This document shows positions 9,351-19,197 of a DNA stretch of 64,000 nt, piece after piece; position 1 is the stretch's first letter, and every line of letters starts with the position of its first letter. The notes under the pieces were generated by a model, which saw only the letters and a program-made list of their open reading frames with translations, had not been told where the DNA came from and made no database searches. Where the stretch lies: positions 32,001 to 96,000 of the forward strand of contig OY970355.1 in the NCBI GenBank assembly GCA_963718525.1. Direction: 5' to 3'. Source of the DNA: Candidatus Dormiibacterota bacterium (GTDB lineage Bacteria; Chloroflexota; Dormibacteria; Aeolococcales; Aeolococcaceae). A program made the position numbers and the translations under genes.

Positions 9351-9400
9351 GCAATCAAGCGTACGGCCTCGAGCGCGTGGACGGCATGGGCGCCGGCCGG

Positions 9401-9982
9401 ATGACGATCCCAGAGTTGATCGTGGATCGTTTACGCGCAGCGGTGCGCGCTCCGCGCGTTGCGCTGACGGCGCCGCCGGATGACCTCCGGCCGGCGTCGG
9501 TGCTGCTCCTGTGCGACCCGCGGACCGCCGGCGTGCCGCTGCTTTTCGTGCTCCGCTCCGAGGAGCTTCGCCAGCACCCCGGTCAGATCGCGTTTCCGGG
9601 TGGCGGCGCGGAAGCCTCCGACGCCGACGCGGTGGCGACCGCGCTGCGCGAGGCTCGAGAAGAGCTCGGCATCCAACCCGAGAACGTCGAGGTGCTCGGT
9701 TTGCTCTCTCCATTCTCGACGGTGGTCTCCGGTCGATGGCTCACGCCCGTCGTGGGGCTGCAGCGGACGTCCATCGACTTCAGGAGCGACGACTTCGAGA
9801 TAGCGGAGTGGTTTCGCATCGATCTCGCGGAACTCCTGGTGGCACCGCATACCGTGCGCGACATCGAGCGCAACGGCATGCGCGGCCGCGTGCACTATTA
9901 CGAGGCGTCAGGCCGCGTCATCTGGGGTGTCACCGGAGCAATCCTCCACGAGCTCCTCGAGCGCCTCGGCAGAACCGACTGA
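9401..9982 (+). CDS. Nudix CoA pyrophosphatase (NudL/Nudt7-like)
   Basis: LRQHPGQIAFPGG, TALREAREELG and IWGVTGAIL motifs. Confidence 0.9.
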   Translation: MTIPELIVDRLRAAVRAPRVALTAPPDDLRPASVLLLCDPRTAGVPLLFVLRSEELRQHPGQIAFPGGGAEASDADAVATALREAREELGIQPENVEVLGLLSPFSTVVSGRWLTPVVGLQRTSIDFRSDDFEIAEWFRIDLAELLVAPHTVRDIERNGMRGRVHYYEASGRVIWGVTGAILHELLERLGRTD

Positions 9983-9985
9983 CCG

Positions 9986-10630
9986 TCAAGCGGCGGCAGC
10001 GACGATCTTCTGGTCCTGCGCCGCCGCGACGGCGGCGGCGAATGCCGGCTCAACGGGCGCCGCGGAGTTGACCACCAGCACCACCGCCACGACATCGCCC
10101 TCCTGGAAGGCGACGCCGACTTGACTGTATCCTTCAAGGGTTTTCCCCACAAACTCATCAGCCTGGCAACCGAGGGTTGGCAGCGATGCTGAGCTCGTGA
10201 TGCTCGCGAACTGTGTCTTCGCCGCCTCGCGAAACTGCGGATAATCGGCGGTCGCCGACTGTGTCGACGCATCGAGAACGACATCAACCTCGACGCGATA
10301 GGTGTTGGCAACATTGGCAAAGCCACGTTGATCGGTGTTCGCTGCCCCGTGCATCTCGCCGTCGCTGATCTGTTCGAGCGACGGCCCTCCCGAAGGAAGG
10401 TCGCTGACCGTGAGCGTGAGCTGGGTGACCGGAGAGATGGTGGAGCTGACTTGAGGATTCGCACACGCTGATGAAGATCCGGATGGGGTTGCCGATCCCG
10501 GCGGAACGGCGGTCGTCGGATCCGGCGCCGTGGGGACGACCGTTGCGGGGGCGCCACAGGCGCTCATCGCCGCCACCAGCGCGCAGGCGCCGATGACCAC
10601 AGTTGTACGCATGGAATTGCTCGCTTTCAT
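9986..10630 (-). CDS. Hypothetical lipoprotein
   Basis: Signal peptide ending AAMSAC, a Pro/Ser/Thr-rich linker, then a globular domain. Confidence 0.7.
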   Translation of the reverse strand: MKASNSMRTTVVIGACALVAAMSACGAPATVVPTAPDPTTAVPPGSATPSGSSSACANPQVSSTISPVTQLTLTVSDLPSGGPSLEQISDGEMHGAANTDQRGFANVANTYRVEVDVVLDASTQSATADYPQFREAAKTQFASITSSASLPTLGCQADEFVGKTLEGYSQVGVAFQEGDVVAVVLVVNSAAPVEPAFAAAVAAAQDQKIVAAAA

Positions 10631-10666
10631 CGCCCCTCACGATCACCGTACCACACGGTCCCCGAA

Positions 10667-11320
10667 TCAGCGGTACCGCGGATGCACCACAAACGGGTTG
10701 GCGCGCATCTCCTCGCCGACGGTCGTGCGCTGTCCGTGGCCCGGGTAGACGACTGTTTCCGGTGGGAGCGTGTAGATGCGGTGCTCGATGGAAAACATGA
10801 GGGCGGGCCACGATCCGCCGGGCAGATCGCAGCGACCGACGCCGCGGTTGAAGAGCGTGTCGCCGGAGAGCAGGTCGGGTCCCACCCGGAAGCAGACCGA
10901 CCCGCGGGTATGACCCGGCGTGTGCACCACCTCGATGTCGAGGTCGTGCCAGCGAAGCACGCCGCCATCCACGAGGTCCTCCTCGCACACGACATCCGGG
11001 AGGTCGTCCGGGACACCCGGGAGGTAGTGGACCGCTTCGAGTTGCTCGCGGTCATCTGGATGAATCGCGGCCTCACATCCAAATGCGGCCTTGATCGTCG
11101 GGACACCACTGACATGGTCAGGATGGCCATGGGTGAGCAGGATGCGATCACAGCGCAGTCCACGTTGCTCCATCACCGCGAGCGTCTGAGGATGCTGCAA
11201 ACCCGGGTCGACGATCAGCGCGTCGTTCGTGTCGCGGCGCCGGAGCACGTAGCAGTTCTGATCAAACGTCGGGTCGACAACGATCGCCAGTTCGACGAGA
11301 TCTCGGAGCGTATCGGTCAC
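10667..11320 (-). CDS. MBL-fold metallo-hydrolase (glyoxalase II/YcbL-like)
   Basis: THGHPDH, HTPGHTRG, SGDTLF and YPGHG motifs. Confidence 0.92.
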   Translation of the reverse strand: MTDTLRDLVELAIVVDPTFDQNCYVLRRRDTNDALIVDPGLQHPQTLAVMEQRGLRCDRILLTHGHPDHVSGVPTIKAAFGCEAAIHPDDREQLEAVHYLPGVPDDLPDVVCEEDLVDGGVLRWHDLDIEVVHTPGHTRGSVCFRVGPDLLSGDTLFNRGVGRCDLPGGSWPALMFSIEHRIYTLPPETVVYPGHGQRTTVGEEMRANPFVVHPRYR

Positions 11321-11331
11321 GGCTGAAGAGG

Positions 11332-14019
11332 CTAGGCGGGGTTTGCGTTGATCGGCCCCAGGACATCCGAAGCCGTGATCGGAAGCACGAACCCGGCGCC
11401 GTGACGTTCACGCCGTCGCGGTGCGTCCGACTCCACGAGCGCTCGTACGAGCACCTCTTCGACGTTGTCAACCGGGACCACCTCGATGGCATCAAGGATT
11501 TCCTTGTCGATCTCGTAGAGGTCGCGCACGTTCTTCGCAGGCAGGATGAAGGTCTTCAACCCGGAACGGTGCGCGGCGAGCAGCTTGTCCTTGACGCCGC
11601 CGATGGGCAGCACCTTGCCGCGCAAGGTGATCTCGCCGGTCATCGCGAGGTCGCGGCGCACGCGGCGACCCGATGCCACAGACACCATGGCGGTTGCCAT
11701 GGTCACACCGGCCGAGGGTCCGTCCTTGGGGATCGCGCCTGCAGGAACGTGGAGGTGGATCGCGTGGGTATCGAAGAAGTCTCGGGGAGCTCCGTACTCG
11801 ACCGCGTGAACCTTCGCCCACGACAGCGCTGCCCGGGCCGATTCCTCCATGACGCTGCCGAGCTGTCCGGTCAGCACGAGGTCGGGCTTCGTCTCGATGG
11901 CGAGTGCCTCGACGGTCACGATGTCGCCGCCGACCTCGCTCACCACAACGCCGGTCACGGCACCGATCTCGTCCTGCTCGTGCGCTTCGCCGTAATCATG
12001 GCGTCGAGGTCCGAGCAGGTCGGACAGATCCTCGGGGGTGATCACAACGGGCGGCGTGGCACCAGCGGCGAGCTTGCGCGGCACCTTGCGTGCGACCTCG
12101 GCGATGGTGCGGTCGAGCTGCCGGACGCCGGCCTCGCGCGTGTATCCGTGCAGCATGGCGACGATGGTTTCGCGTGGGATCTGCAGCTCGCTCTCGTCGA
12201 GGGAGTGCTGATCGCGCTGACGCGGAACCAGATGGCGCTCGGCGATCTGCACCTTCTCCTGCTCCGTGTATCCGGTGATGCGGATGATCTCCATACGATC
12301 GCGGAGCGGCGGGCTGATCGTCTCAGCGATGTTCGCCGTGGTGATGAACAGCACCTGCGAGAGGTCGTACGGGACCTCAAGATAATGGTCGCTGAACTCC
12401 CAGTTCTGCTCCGGGTCGAGAACCTCGAGCAGGGCGGCGGAAGGGTCGCCGCGGAAGTCGGCGCCGACCTTGTCGATCTCGTCGAGCATGATCACGGCGT
12501 TGCGTGTTCCCGCCGTGCGCATCGATTGGATGATCCGTCCGGGGAGCGCACCGATATATGTGCGCCGATGACCACGGATCTCTGCCTCGTCACGGATCCC
12601 GCCAAGGCTCATCCGCACGAACTTGCGGTCGAGGGCTCTTGCAATGCTCCGACCCAAAGACGTCTTGCCGACGCCTGGGGGGCCTACGAAACACAGGATC
12701 GGGGTCTGCAAGGTTCTTCGCTTAGGAGCGGTCGCGTGTGCGGCGGGTTCGGCAGGTTCGGGGGGTGACTCGGGAGCGGGTGGCGACTCAGGAGCGGGTG
12801 GCGACGCGGGGGGAAGCGCCGATCCGTGGCTGGGCGCCGAGATGGTTGTTCCCAGAACGGACGACGATGTGGAGTCAGACCCAGCCTCGGAGCGGCGAGG
12901 GGTCCCCGCGTCGACAGGACCCGCGCTCTCCGACTCCGCCTTCAACCGGATACGGTCGCGGACCGCGAGCCACTCGAGCACTCGGTCCTTCACTTTGGTG
13001 AGGCCGTAGTGGTCTTCGTCGAGGATTGCGGCGGCGCGGTCGATATCCAACGTCTCGGCGGGGGGATCGACCCAGGGGAGGTCGAGGAGCCAGTCGACCC
13101 ACGTGCGGACCATGCCCATCTCCGGAGAGGCGCTGGGGATTTGTTCGAGGCGGTGGACTTCCTTGAGGACGCGCTGCTTGACGTTGTCGGGCATGCCGGC
13201 CTTCTCGACGCGCGCGGATAGGTCCTCGTCATCCTCACCGGCGTCGTCGAGCTCGGAAAGTTCTTTGCGGATGGCGCGGAGCTGTTCGCGGAGGATGTGC
13301 TCGCGCTGCGAGTTGTTGATGGTCTTCTGGACGTCCTCGTGGATTTTGGTGCGCAATTGCGCGACCTCGACCTCGCGCGCAAGCAGCGGAATGAGCTTGC
13401 GCAGACGGGTGACGGCGTCGGTCTCCTGCAGCAGGGCGACGCGATCGTCGAACCCGAAGTCAGGGCAGGTGCTCGCGATGTCGGCGATGAGCTCCGGTTG
13501 GGAAGCGCGCGCCATCGCGACCGCGGTATCCGCCCCGACCTGAGCGCCCGCGTTAACGTATTCGGCGAACAGCGTTCGGACCGACCCGAAGAGCGCATCC
13601 ACCTCGGTTCCTTCGACAGGCTCAACGGGGATGGGCGTGACGGTCGCGATCCACGCGTCGCCCGAGGCGTCGAAGGCGTCGATGCGCACGCGCTCCTTGC
13701 CCTCGACGAGCGCGTGGGCGCCCCCTCCGGGCAGGCGCCGGAATGCGCCCACATGCGCGATGACCGCGATGGTGTGCACGTCGTCGATGGAGGCGTCGTC
13801 GCGCTCGGCATCGCGCTGGATCGCCAGGACGACTTTGCCGTCTCCGTTGACCGCCGCCTCGAGGGCCGCAACTGACCGGGGCCGCCCAGCGGCTAGCGGC
13901 GCGAGCTGCGAAGGAAACACCACGTTGTCCCGAAGCGGGACCGCCGGAAGTGTCATCGACGCGGGTCCTTCCACGGTCGAAAGGGGATCAGCGGACACCG
14001 GTGGATCGACGTCGGGCAT
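11332..14019 (-). CDS. lon: ATP-dependent Lon protease with a low-complexity insertion
   Basis: Lon N domain, GPPGVGKTS, HRRTYIGALPG, LDEIDK, PKDGPSAG (Ser) and GGVKDKLLAA (Lys). Start placed at ATG 14019, 6 nt after TATTCT. Confidence 0.97.
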   Translation of the reverse strand: MPDVDPPVSADPLSTVEGPASMTLPAVPLRDNVVFPSQLAPLAAGRPRSVAALEAAVNGDGKVVLAIQRDAERDDASIDDVHTIAVIAHVGAFRRLPGGGAHALVEGKERVRIDAFDASGDAWIATVTPIPVEPVEGTEVDALFGSVRTLFAEYVNAGAQVGADTAVAMARASQPELIADIASTCPDFGFDDRVALLQETDAVTRLRKLIPLLAREVEVAQLRTKIHEDVQKTINNSQREHILREQLRAIRKELSELDDAGEDDEDLSARVEKAGMPDNVKQRVLKEVHRLEQIPSASPEMGMVRTWVDWLLDLPWVDPPAETLDIDRAAAILDEDHYGLTKVKDRVLEWLAVRDRIRLKAESESAGPVDAGTPRRSEAGSDSTSSSVLGTTISAPSHGSALPPASPPAPESPPAPESPPEPAEPAAHATAPKRRTLQTPILCFVGPPGVGKTSLGRSIARALDRKFVRMSLGGIRDEAEIRGHRRTYIGALPGRIIQSMRTAGTRNAVIMLDEIDKVGADFRGDPSAALLEVLDPEQNWEFSDHYLEVPYDLSQVLFITTANIAETISPPLRDRMEIIRITGYTEQEKVQIAERHLVPRQRDQHSLDESELQIPRETIVAMLHGYTREAGVRQLDRTIAEVARKVPRKLAAGATPPVVITPEDLSDLLGPRRHDYGEAHEQDEIGAVTGVVVSEVGGDIVTVEALAIETKPDLVLTGQLGSVMEESARAALSWAKVHAVEYGAPRDFFDTHAIHLHVPAGAIPKDGPSAGVTMATAMVSVASGRRVRRDLAMTGEITLRGKVLPIGGVKDKLLAAHRSGLKTFILPAKNVRDLYEIDKEILDAIEVVPVDNVEEVLVRALVESDAPRRRERHGAGFVLPITASDVLGPINANPA

Positions 14020-14048
14020 CCGTAGAGAATAGCCGGGCACTTCCGGGG

Positions 14049-15095
14049 TCAAACGTCGATCCGCAGCCCTGTCTCCCAATCGCGACGCCATGCAGCCGCG
14101 TAATAGGCCGCCGCAGCCGGGTGCTCAACCCGCATCGCCACCTCCCAGTTGCCCCCCAGGCCTGTTTCGCTCCAGTTCGCCGAGGAGACCACGACCGCTC
14201 CGTCGGCGACCAACCCCTTGGCGTGGCCGGAGGTCGACCGGGCCGGGTCCATCCGCCGGACCGGGAATTCGAGAGCGGCCAGCCGACCGGCGTCGCGCGG
14301 ATCGGGCACACCGCCGATCAGCAGCGCGCACGCGACGCCGCGAGAGCATGCATCAGCCATCCTCTCGAGCAGGTCACGAACGGGCGGAACTTCGGGGCGT
14401 GCGTATGGGACGGTCACGAGCACGCGCCGTCTGGCCCTGCTGATCATCATTCCCAGGGTCGCCGCGATTACGGATCCGCCGATGATGAGACCGAGCCTGC
14501 GCCGGCGAGCGCACACCACCCGCGGTCCAATCTGGGGCATCGGGGTGCCGATCGACGGAATGGTCGGGTGATCAACCGCCGCGTGCGCGGTGGCAGCCCA
14601 CCAGGGCGGAGGTGCCGTCGCCTTTGTCCAATGCGCGTCAAATGCGTCAAGCGCAGTGCCGTGGAGCTGCCTCGAGCGCGCTGCCGTGACCCACCACTCG
14701 CGCGTCCCGGCGAGCGGGGCGCCTGCGGGAGGCAGGCGAAGGTGGCGATCTCGGGGCGCATCCCGCCAGATGAGGTTCCCCGTCCCGACGGCCACCGTCG
14801 AGTCCACGATCAGCAGCTTCCCGTGGGAGCTCTCCGCTCCCACCCCCGCGACCCTGCATGCTCCGCCGGCCGCGGACAATGCGCGCGCGGTCGCCGCGTT
14901 GCCATCGGACACGTGCGCGTCGAGCACCAGCCGGACGCGAACGCCACGTTCGGCTGCGCGAACCAGCGCCCACCGGTACGAGGGGCCGACCTCGTAGACC
15001 GCCGCGTCGATGCTGTGACGTGCATCGCGCAGGAGCTTCATGAGCACCGTCCCGGCCGAATCGGGGCCGAGCGCACAGGTGGCGATCGTCCTCAT
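14049..15095 (-). CDS. Phospholipase D-superfamily protein with two HKD motifs
   Basis: HGKLLIVD...GTGN and HAKGLVAD...SSANWS; no TM helices seen. Confidence 0.82.
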   Translation of the reverse strand: MRTIATCALGPDSAGTVLMKLLRDARHSIDAAVYEVGPSYRWALVRAAERGVRVRLVLDAHVSDGNAATARALSAAGGACRVAGVGAESSHGKLLIVDSTVAVGTGNLIWRDAPRDRHLRLPPAGAPLAGTREWWVTAARSRQLHGTALDAFDAHWTKATAPPPWWAATAHAAVDHPTIPSIGTPMPQIGPRVVCARRRRLGLIIGGSVIAATLGMMISRARRRVLVTVPYARPEVPPVRDLLERMADACSRGVACALLIGGVPDPRDAGRLAALEFPVRRMDPARSTSGHAKGLVADGAVVVSSANWSETGLGGNWEVAMRVEHPAAAAYYAAAWRRDWETGLRIDV

Positions 15096-15195
15096 GCCAT
15101 GGCCGCATGGAGGTGGGGTGGCACGGGAAAACGCTATGCGCGGGGTACAGCCTCGAGACGCCCGATCATCGACCTGCGGCGGCCGAGCCGCGAAC

Positions 15196-15729
15196 TCATG
15201 CGGAGGCGGGGCCGACCCTCGCCGAGAGCTTCGCCAGCTCCTCGTGATGCGCCTTCACATGTGTGACAACGTCGTCGAGCACTGTGTCCTGCGCCTGGAG
15301 ATGCGCCTGCAGTTGCAGGCATTCGCTGAGGATTGCCTCTGCGTCCTTGTAGGTCTGCTCGGAACGCTTGTCTGCCGCTTTGCCCTGGATGTTCTGCCCC
15401 ACGATGATGATCGGCAGCAGGACCAACTGGATGAAGGTCTGCGCAATCCATGCCACGATGACGATCGCCTGGCCGCTCTGAATCGCCGACGGCAGTGAGA
15501 TCAGTGCGATCAACGTGAAGATGTACGCACACCACATCGTTCCCACGACCGCGGTGATGATGAGCGCGACTTTGCCGTTGACACCGACCCGCTCGTCGTC
15601 GACCTTCACCGGCTTCTCCCGCGCGCGCTGTGCGATGCGCGGGTGGGGTCGGTGCTGAAAAAGCTCCCCAACCTTGGGGATGGCGACCGGATGATGCACC
15701 GGTTGCACGGGTTGGTCGGTCATCGTCAC
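15196..15729 (-). CDS. DUF1003-like membrane protein
   Basis: Two TM helices, QLVLLPIIIVGQN motif and a coiled tail; GAGGAG RBS. Confidence 0.75.
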   Translation of the reverse strand: MTMTDQPVQPVHHPVAIPKVGELFQHRPHPRIAQRAREKPVKVDDERVGVNGKVALIITAVVGTMWCAYIFTLIALISLPSAIQSGQAIVIVAWIAQTFIQLVLLPIIIVGQNIQGKAADKRSEQTYKDAEAILSECLQLQAHLQAQDTVLDDVVTHVKAHHEELAKLSARVGPASA

Positions 15730-15821
15730 GTCTCCTCACAGCGAGCGCTCCGAGTTGGCGCCCGATCTGGCGATATCGTGAATGATGCGAAAGGAATTGA
15801 GTGCAGTACGGAGCTCGCCGG

Positions 15822-16523
15822 TCACGCGCGACGCCGCAGCATCGCCGGCGGGCGCGAGCGTCGCAGGCTCCAGGCCGGCTGGCGTTCGACGAATTCATAC
15901 ATCGCCGCAGGTCGTCCGGGGCCGCCTTTGGCCAGCGTGCCGGTGGCGCGCACCAGGCCGGACTGCTCCAGCTCGCGGCGGAAGTTCGACGGCTCGTAGG
16001 TGACGCCGCTGATCGCCTCGAACACGCGTCGCGCCTGCGGCATGGTGAAACGCTCCGGCAGGAGCCCGACTGCGATGTTCGACCACCAGAGCTTTCCACG
16101 CAGGCGTTCGACTGCGTCGACGACGATGCGTGGGTGGTCGAAACCCAGCGGCGGGAGCGCGTCGACCGGCTCCCAGCGGGCGCTGGACTCTTCTGCCCGC
16201 AGCACGGCCGCGTCGATGAGCGCGAGGTACGCGACCGTTGGGATCCAGCCGCGCGGGTCGCGCTCCGGATCGCCATAGGTCTCCAGCTGCTCGAGGTAGA
16301 CGGCCCCGACCCCGGTCTTCTCTGTGAGCTTGCGCTGGGCGGTCTCCTCGGGCCGCTCCGTCGGGCTCATGAAGCCTCCGGGGAGGACCCATGTACCCGC
16401 AAAAGGCGCCTCGACCCGCTGCACCAGCAGCACGTGAAGGCGCCCGGACAGTGGGGCGAGCACAACGGGAACCGCATACATGCCTGCCGGGGCCGGAAAG
16501 CCGGACGAATTGACGGCTGTCAT
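15822..16523 (-). CDS. nrtR: NrtR-family regulator (Nudix domain plus winged helix)
   Basis: WVLPGGF, YLEQLETYGDPERDPRGW, LGFDH, LLPERFT, SNFRR and GRPAAMY motifs. Start uncertain (16481-16592). Confidence 0.88.
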   Translation of the reverse strand: MTAVNSSGFPAPAGMYAVPVVLAPLSGRLHVLLVQRVEAPFAGTWVLPGGFMSPTERPEETAQRKLTEKTGVGAVYLEQLETYGDPERDPRGWIPTVAYLALIDAAVLRAEESSARWEPVDALPPLGFDHPRIVVDAVERLRGKLWWSNIAVGLLPERFTMPQARRVFEAISGVTYEPSNFRRELEQSGLVRATGTLAKGGPGRPAAMYEFVERQPAWSLRRSRPPAMLRRRA

Positions 16524-16590
16524 GCCGGCGGCGGCACCGGCGTCTGCACGTGGTGGCATCGCGTTCGATTGTGGCGACGCGCTAGGCTGC

Positions 16591-17425
16591 ATGTCGATGG
16601 AGAGCGGGAATATCGCCACGGCGGAACAGTTCCGCGCCGCCTACCGAGAGATCTTCGCGGATGTCGGCGCGCTGGCACATGGCCTCGACGATCAGCGATC
16701 GATGCTGGCGACCGGCTGCCCCGGCTGGACCGTGCGGGACCACGTCGCGCACATCACCGATATCGAGAGCATCCTGATCGGGCGGCCGCGAGTTCGAGCA
16801 CACCGTGCCGGAAGGAATGCCGTACATCCGCAACCAACCAGGGGCGTTCATGGAGATCGGCGTCGATGCCCGCCGGGGCGTCCCCCTTGCGGATCTGCTC
16901 GCCGAATTTCGAGACGTGACCAAGGAGCGGATGGCCCGTCTCGCGACCCTCGAGGATGCGCAGCTCAACAAGATGGGCCGTGGGCTCTTCGGCGAGGCGA
17001 AGGTCCGCTCCATCCTGGCCATCCGGGTCTTCGATCTCTGGGCCCACGAGCAGGACATCCGCCGCGCGCTGCGCGAGCCGGGTGGGCTCGGCGGCGTCGC
17101 AGCAGCGCACAGCCGGGAGCGGATGCTCATGGGCGCGGGAAACGAGCTCCAGGAACGGATCGCGCCGGCCGCGGGGACGGTGGTCGTCTTCGACGTCACG
17201 GGAACGGGCGGAGCACTCCGGGCGATCAGCTTCGACGGCGGAGGTGGACGCGCCGGAGCGACGGTGCCCGGCGCCCCGACGGCGACGCTGCGCCTCGACC
17301 TGCCGACCCTGACCGTCCTCGCCTGCGGCCGTCAGGATGACCCCGATGCGCGCTCGCGAGTTGTCGTCGAAGGTGACCAGAACATGGGAGCGCTCGTGCT
17401 CGAGGACCTGGCGGTCACGCCGTGA
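16591..17425 (+). CDS. MDMPI / DinB-superfamily actinobacterial protein, split by a +1 frameshift near 16790
   Basis: CPGWTVRDHVAH in the first frame; RVFDLWAHEQDIRRAL and an SCP2-like C-terminus in the next frame. Confidence 0.82.
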
Positions 17426-17931
17426 CTCTGCGGGTACTCAGCGCGGCATTCATGGCCATGCTGATGCTCGCCGGCTGCGGGCTGCAGCAGGATCTGTCCT
17501 CGGTGCCCAACCTCGGCAATGGGCCGACCGGACCGGCAACGGCGATCAGTGCCCCGACGCTGTCGGGCACGCCGTTCAGCTGGTCGTCCACGCACGATCA
17601 CGTCGTGGTGCTCGACTTCTGGGGCTCATGGTGCGGTCCGTGCAACGCCGAACAGCCGGATCTCAACAAGCTCGCAGCACAGTGGATGCCGAAGGACGTC
17701 ACCTTCCTCGGGGTGGACGAGAACGAATCGAGCGCGAACGGCGCCGCCTATGAGCTGCATTACGCTGTGCCGTTTCCCAGCGTCAACGACGCCAGCGAGG
17801 TCATCGCCTCGGAGTACAACGTGATCGAACCGCCGACGGTGATCATCATCGACAACAAGGGCAACATCGTCGACCGCTTTCTGGGGACGCTGACCGGCGT
17901 GAGCGCCGACCTGACCCGCCTGACCGGATGA
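17422..17931 (+). CDS. TlpA/ResA-family thiol-disulfide oxidoreductase lipoprotein
   Basis: Lipobox LAGC, LDFWGSWCGPC and PPTVIIID motifs. Confidence 0.9.
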   Translation: MTLRVLSAAFMAMLMLAGCGLQQDLSSVPNLGNGPTGPATAISAPTLSGTPFSWSSTHDHVVVLDFWGSWCGPCNAEQPDLNKLAAQWMPKDVTFLGVDENESSANGAAYELHYAVPFPSVNDASEVIASEYNVIEPPTVIIIDNKGNIVDRFLGTLTGVSADLTRLTG

Positions 17932-19143
17932 GCCAGGTCACGGTCTACGGCGCCCCCTGGTGCCCGGACTGCAAACGAGCCAAGCGCTTCCTGGCGGAGC
18001 AGCGAGTTGCCTATGAGTGGGTGGACATCGACCAGGACGCTGCCGGGCTCCGCCATGTCGAGGAATTGCAGCAGGGTGGCCGCACGATCCCGACCATCGT
18101 CTTCGACGGTACCGATGTGCGCATCGACCCGACCAACGAGGAGCTCGCCCGCAAGCTCGGGCTGACGCTCGAGGCGAAGCGGAGCTGCTACGACCTCGCG
18201 ATCGTCGGCGGCGGACCCGCCGGACTCTGCAGCGGCGATCTATGCGGCGCGAGAGGGCATCGATGCCGTGGTCGTCGAGCGCAGCGGGCTCGGCGGTCAG
18301 GCAGGCGTGACCGAGCGCATCGACAACTATCCCGGGTTTCCGGATGGCGTCGGTGGAGCGGATCTCGCCGAGCGCTTCATCGCCCAGGCTCGTCGCTATG
18401 AGGTCGAGCTGCTCAGCGCGGTGAGCGTCGAGCACGTCGCCCCGGACGGAGCGGTGTCCGGCGATATCTGCGTGCACCTGGCGAGCGGGCAGGAGATCGA
18501 CGCGCACGCGGTGCTGATCGCGTCGGGGTCGTCGTATCGCCGCCTCGGCGTTCCCGGCGAGGAAGAGCTCATCGGCGCCGGCGTCCACTTCTGCGCCACC
18601 TGTGACGGCCCCTTCTACCGCGGGGCCGAGGAGCTTCTCGTCATTGGTGGCGGAAACTCGGCGCTCGAGGAGGGACTGTTCCTGACGAAGTTCGCCACGC
18701 GCGTCCGTATCGTGCAACGCGAGCCGGAGCTCACCGCCTCTCACCTTCTCCAGGACCGGGTGAACAACGACCCACGCTTCGTGGTGCATCGCAACACCGA
18801 GGTCGTCGAGTTCGCCGGCAAGGGCCGCCTCGACTCGGTGCGACTTCGCGATCGCGAGACCGGCCAGGAGCAGGTGGTGACGCCTCGGGCGGCGTTCGTC
18901 TTCATCGGTCTCGATCCCAACACCGGATTCCTTCGCGGCAGCGTGGATCTCGATTCCCGCGGTTTCGTGGACGACAAGGGCGGCTTCACGACCTCCGTTC
19001 CCGGAGTGTTCGCCGCCGGCGACGTCCGCCGTGGCTCGACCAAACAGCTCGGGTCGGCGGTGGGTGACGGCATCGCGGCGCTCCTCGCGATCCGCGAGTA
19101 CCTCGAGGCACACCACGAGGTCGCCCGGCACTCAGAGGACTGA
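17928..19143 (+). CDS. Glutaredoxin-like domain fused to thioredoxin reductase, +1 frameshift near 18225
   Basis: YGAPWCPDC...TIPTI followed in frame by DLAIVGGGPAGL; the next frame carries IDNYPGF, HFCATCDG, IGGGNSALEE and FAAGDVR. Confidence 0.87.
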
Positions 19144-19155
19144 CCAAGCCCCTGG

Positions 19156-19197
19156 TTGCGTCGAACATGCGGCGTGCTATAGTGCGTAGCGCAATAT
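19156..19197 (+). promoter_or_regulatory. Promoter with overlapping inverted repeat (candidate PadR operator)
   Basis: TTGCGT-16 nt-TATAGT with extended TG; ATAGTGCG-TAG-CGCAATAT imperfect palindrome overlapping the -10/+1 region. Confidence 0.55.

Noticed and set aside
12710-12945. Possible intein in Lon
   Set aside because: No C/S start with an HN-C/S/T end and no LAGLIDADG motif; the segment is low-complexity and too short.
15730-15821. AT-richer patch as an NrtR operator or riboswitch
   Set aside because: Only a weak TCG...CGA symmetry; not enough to call.
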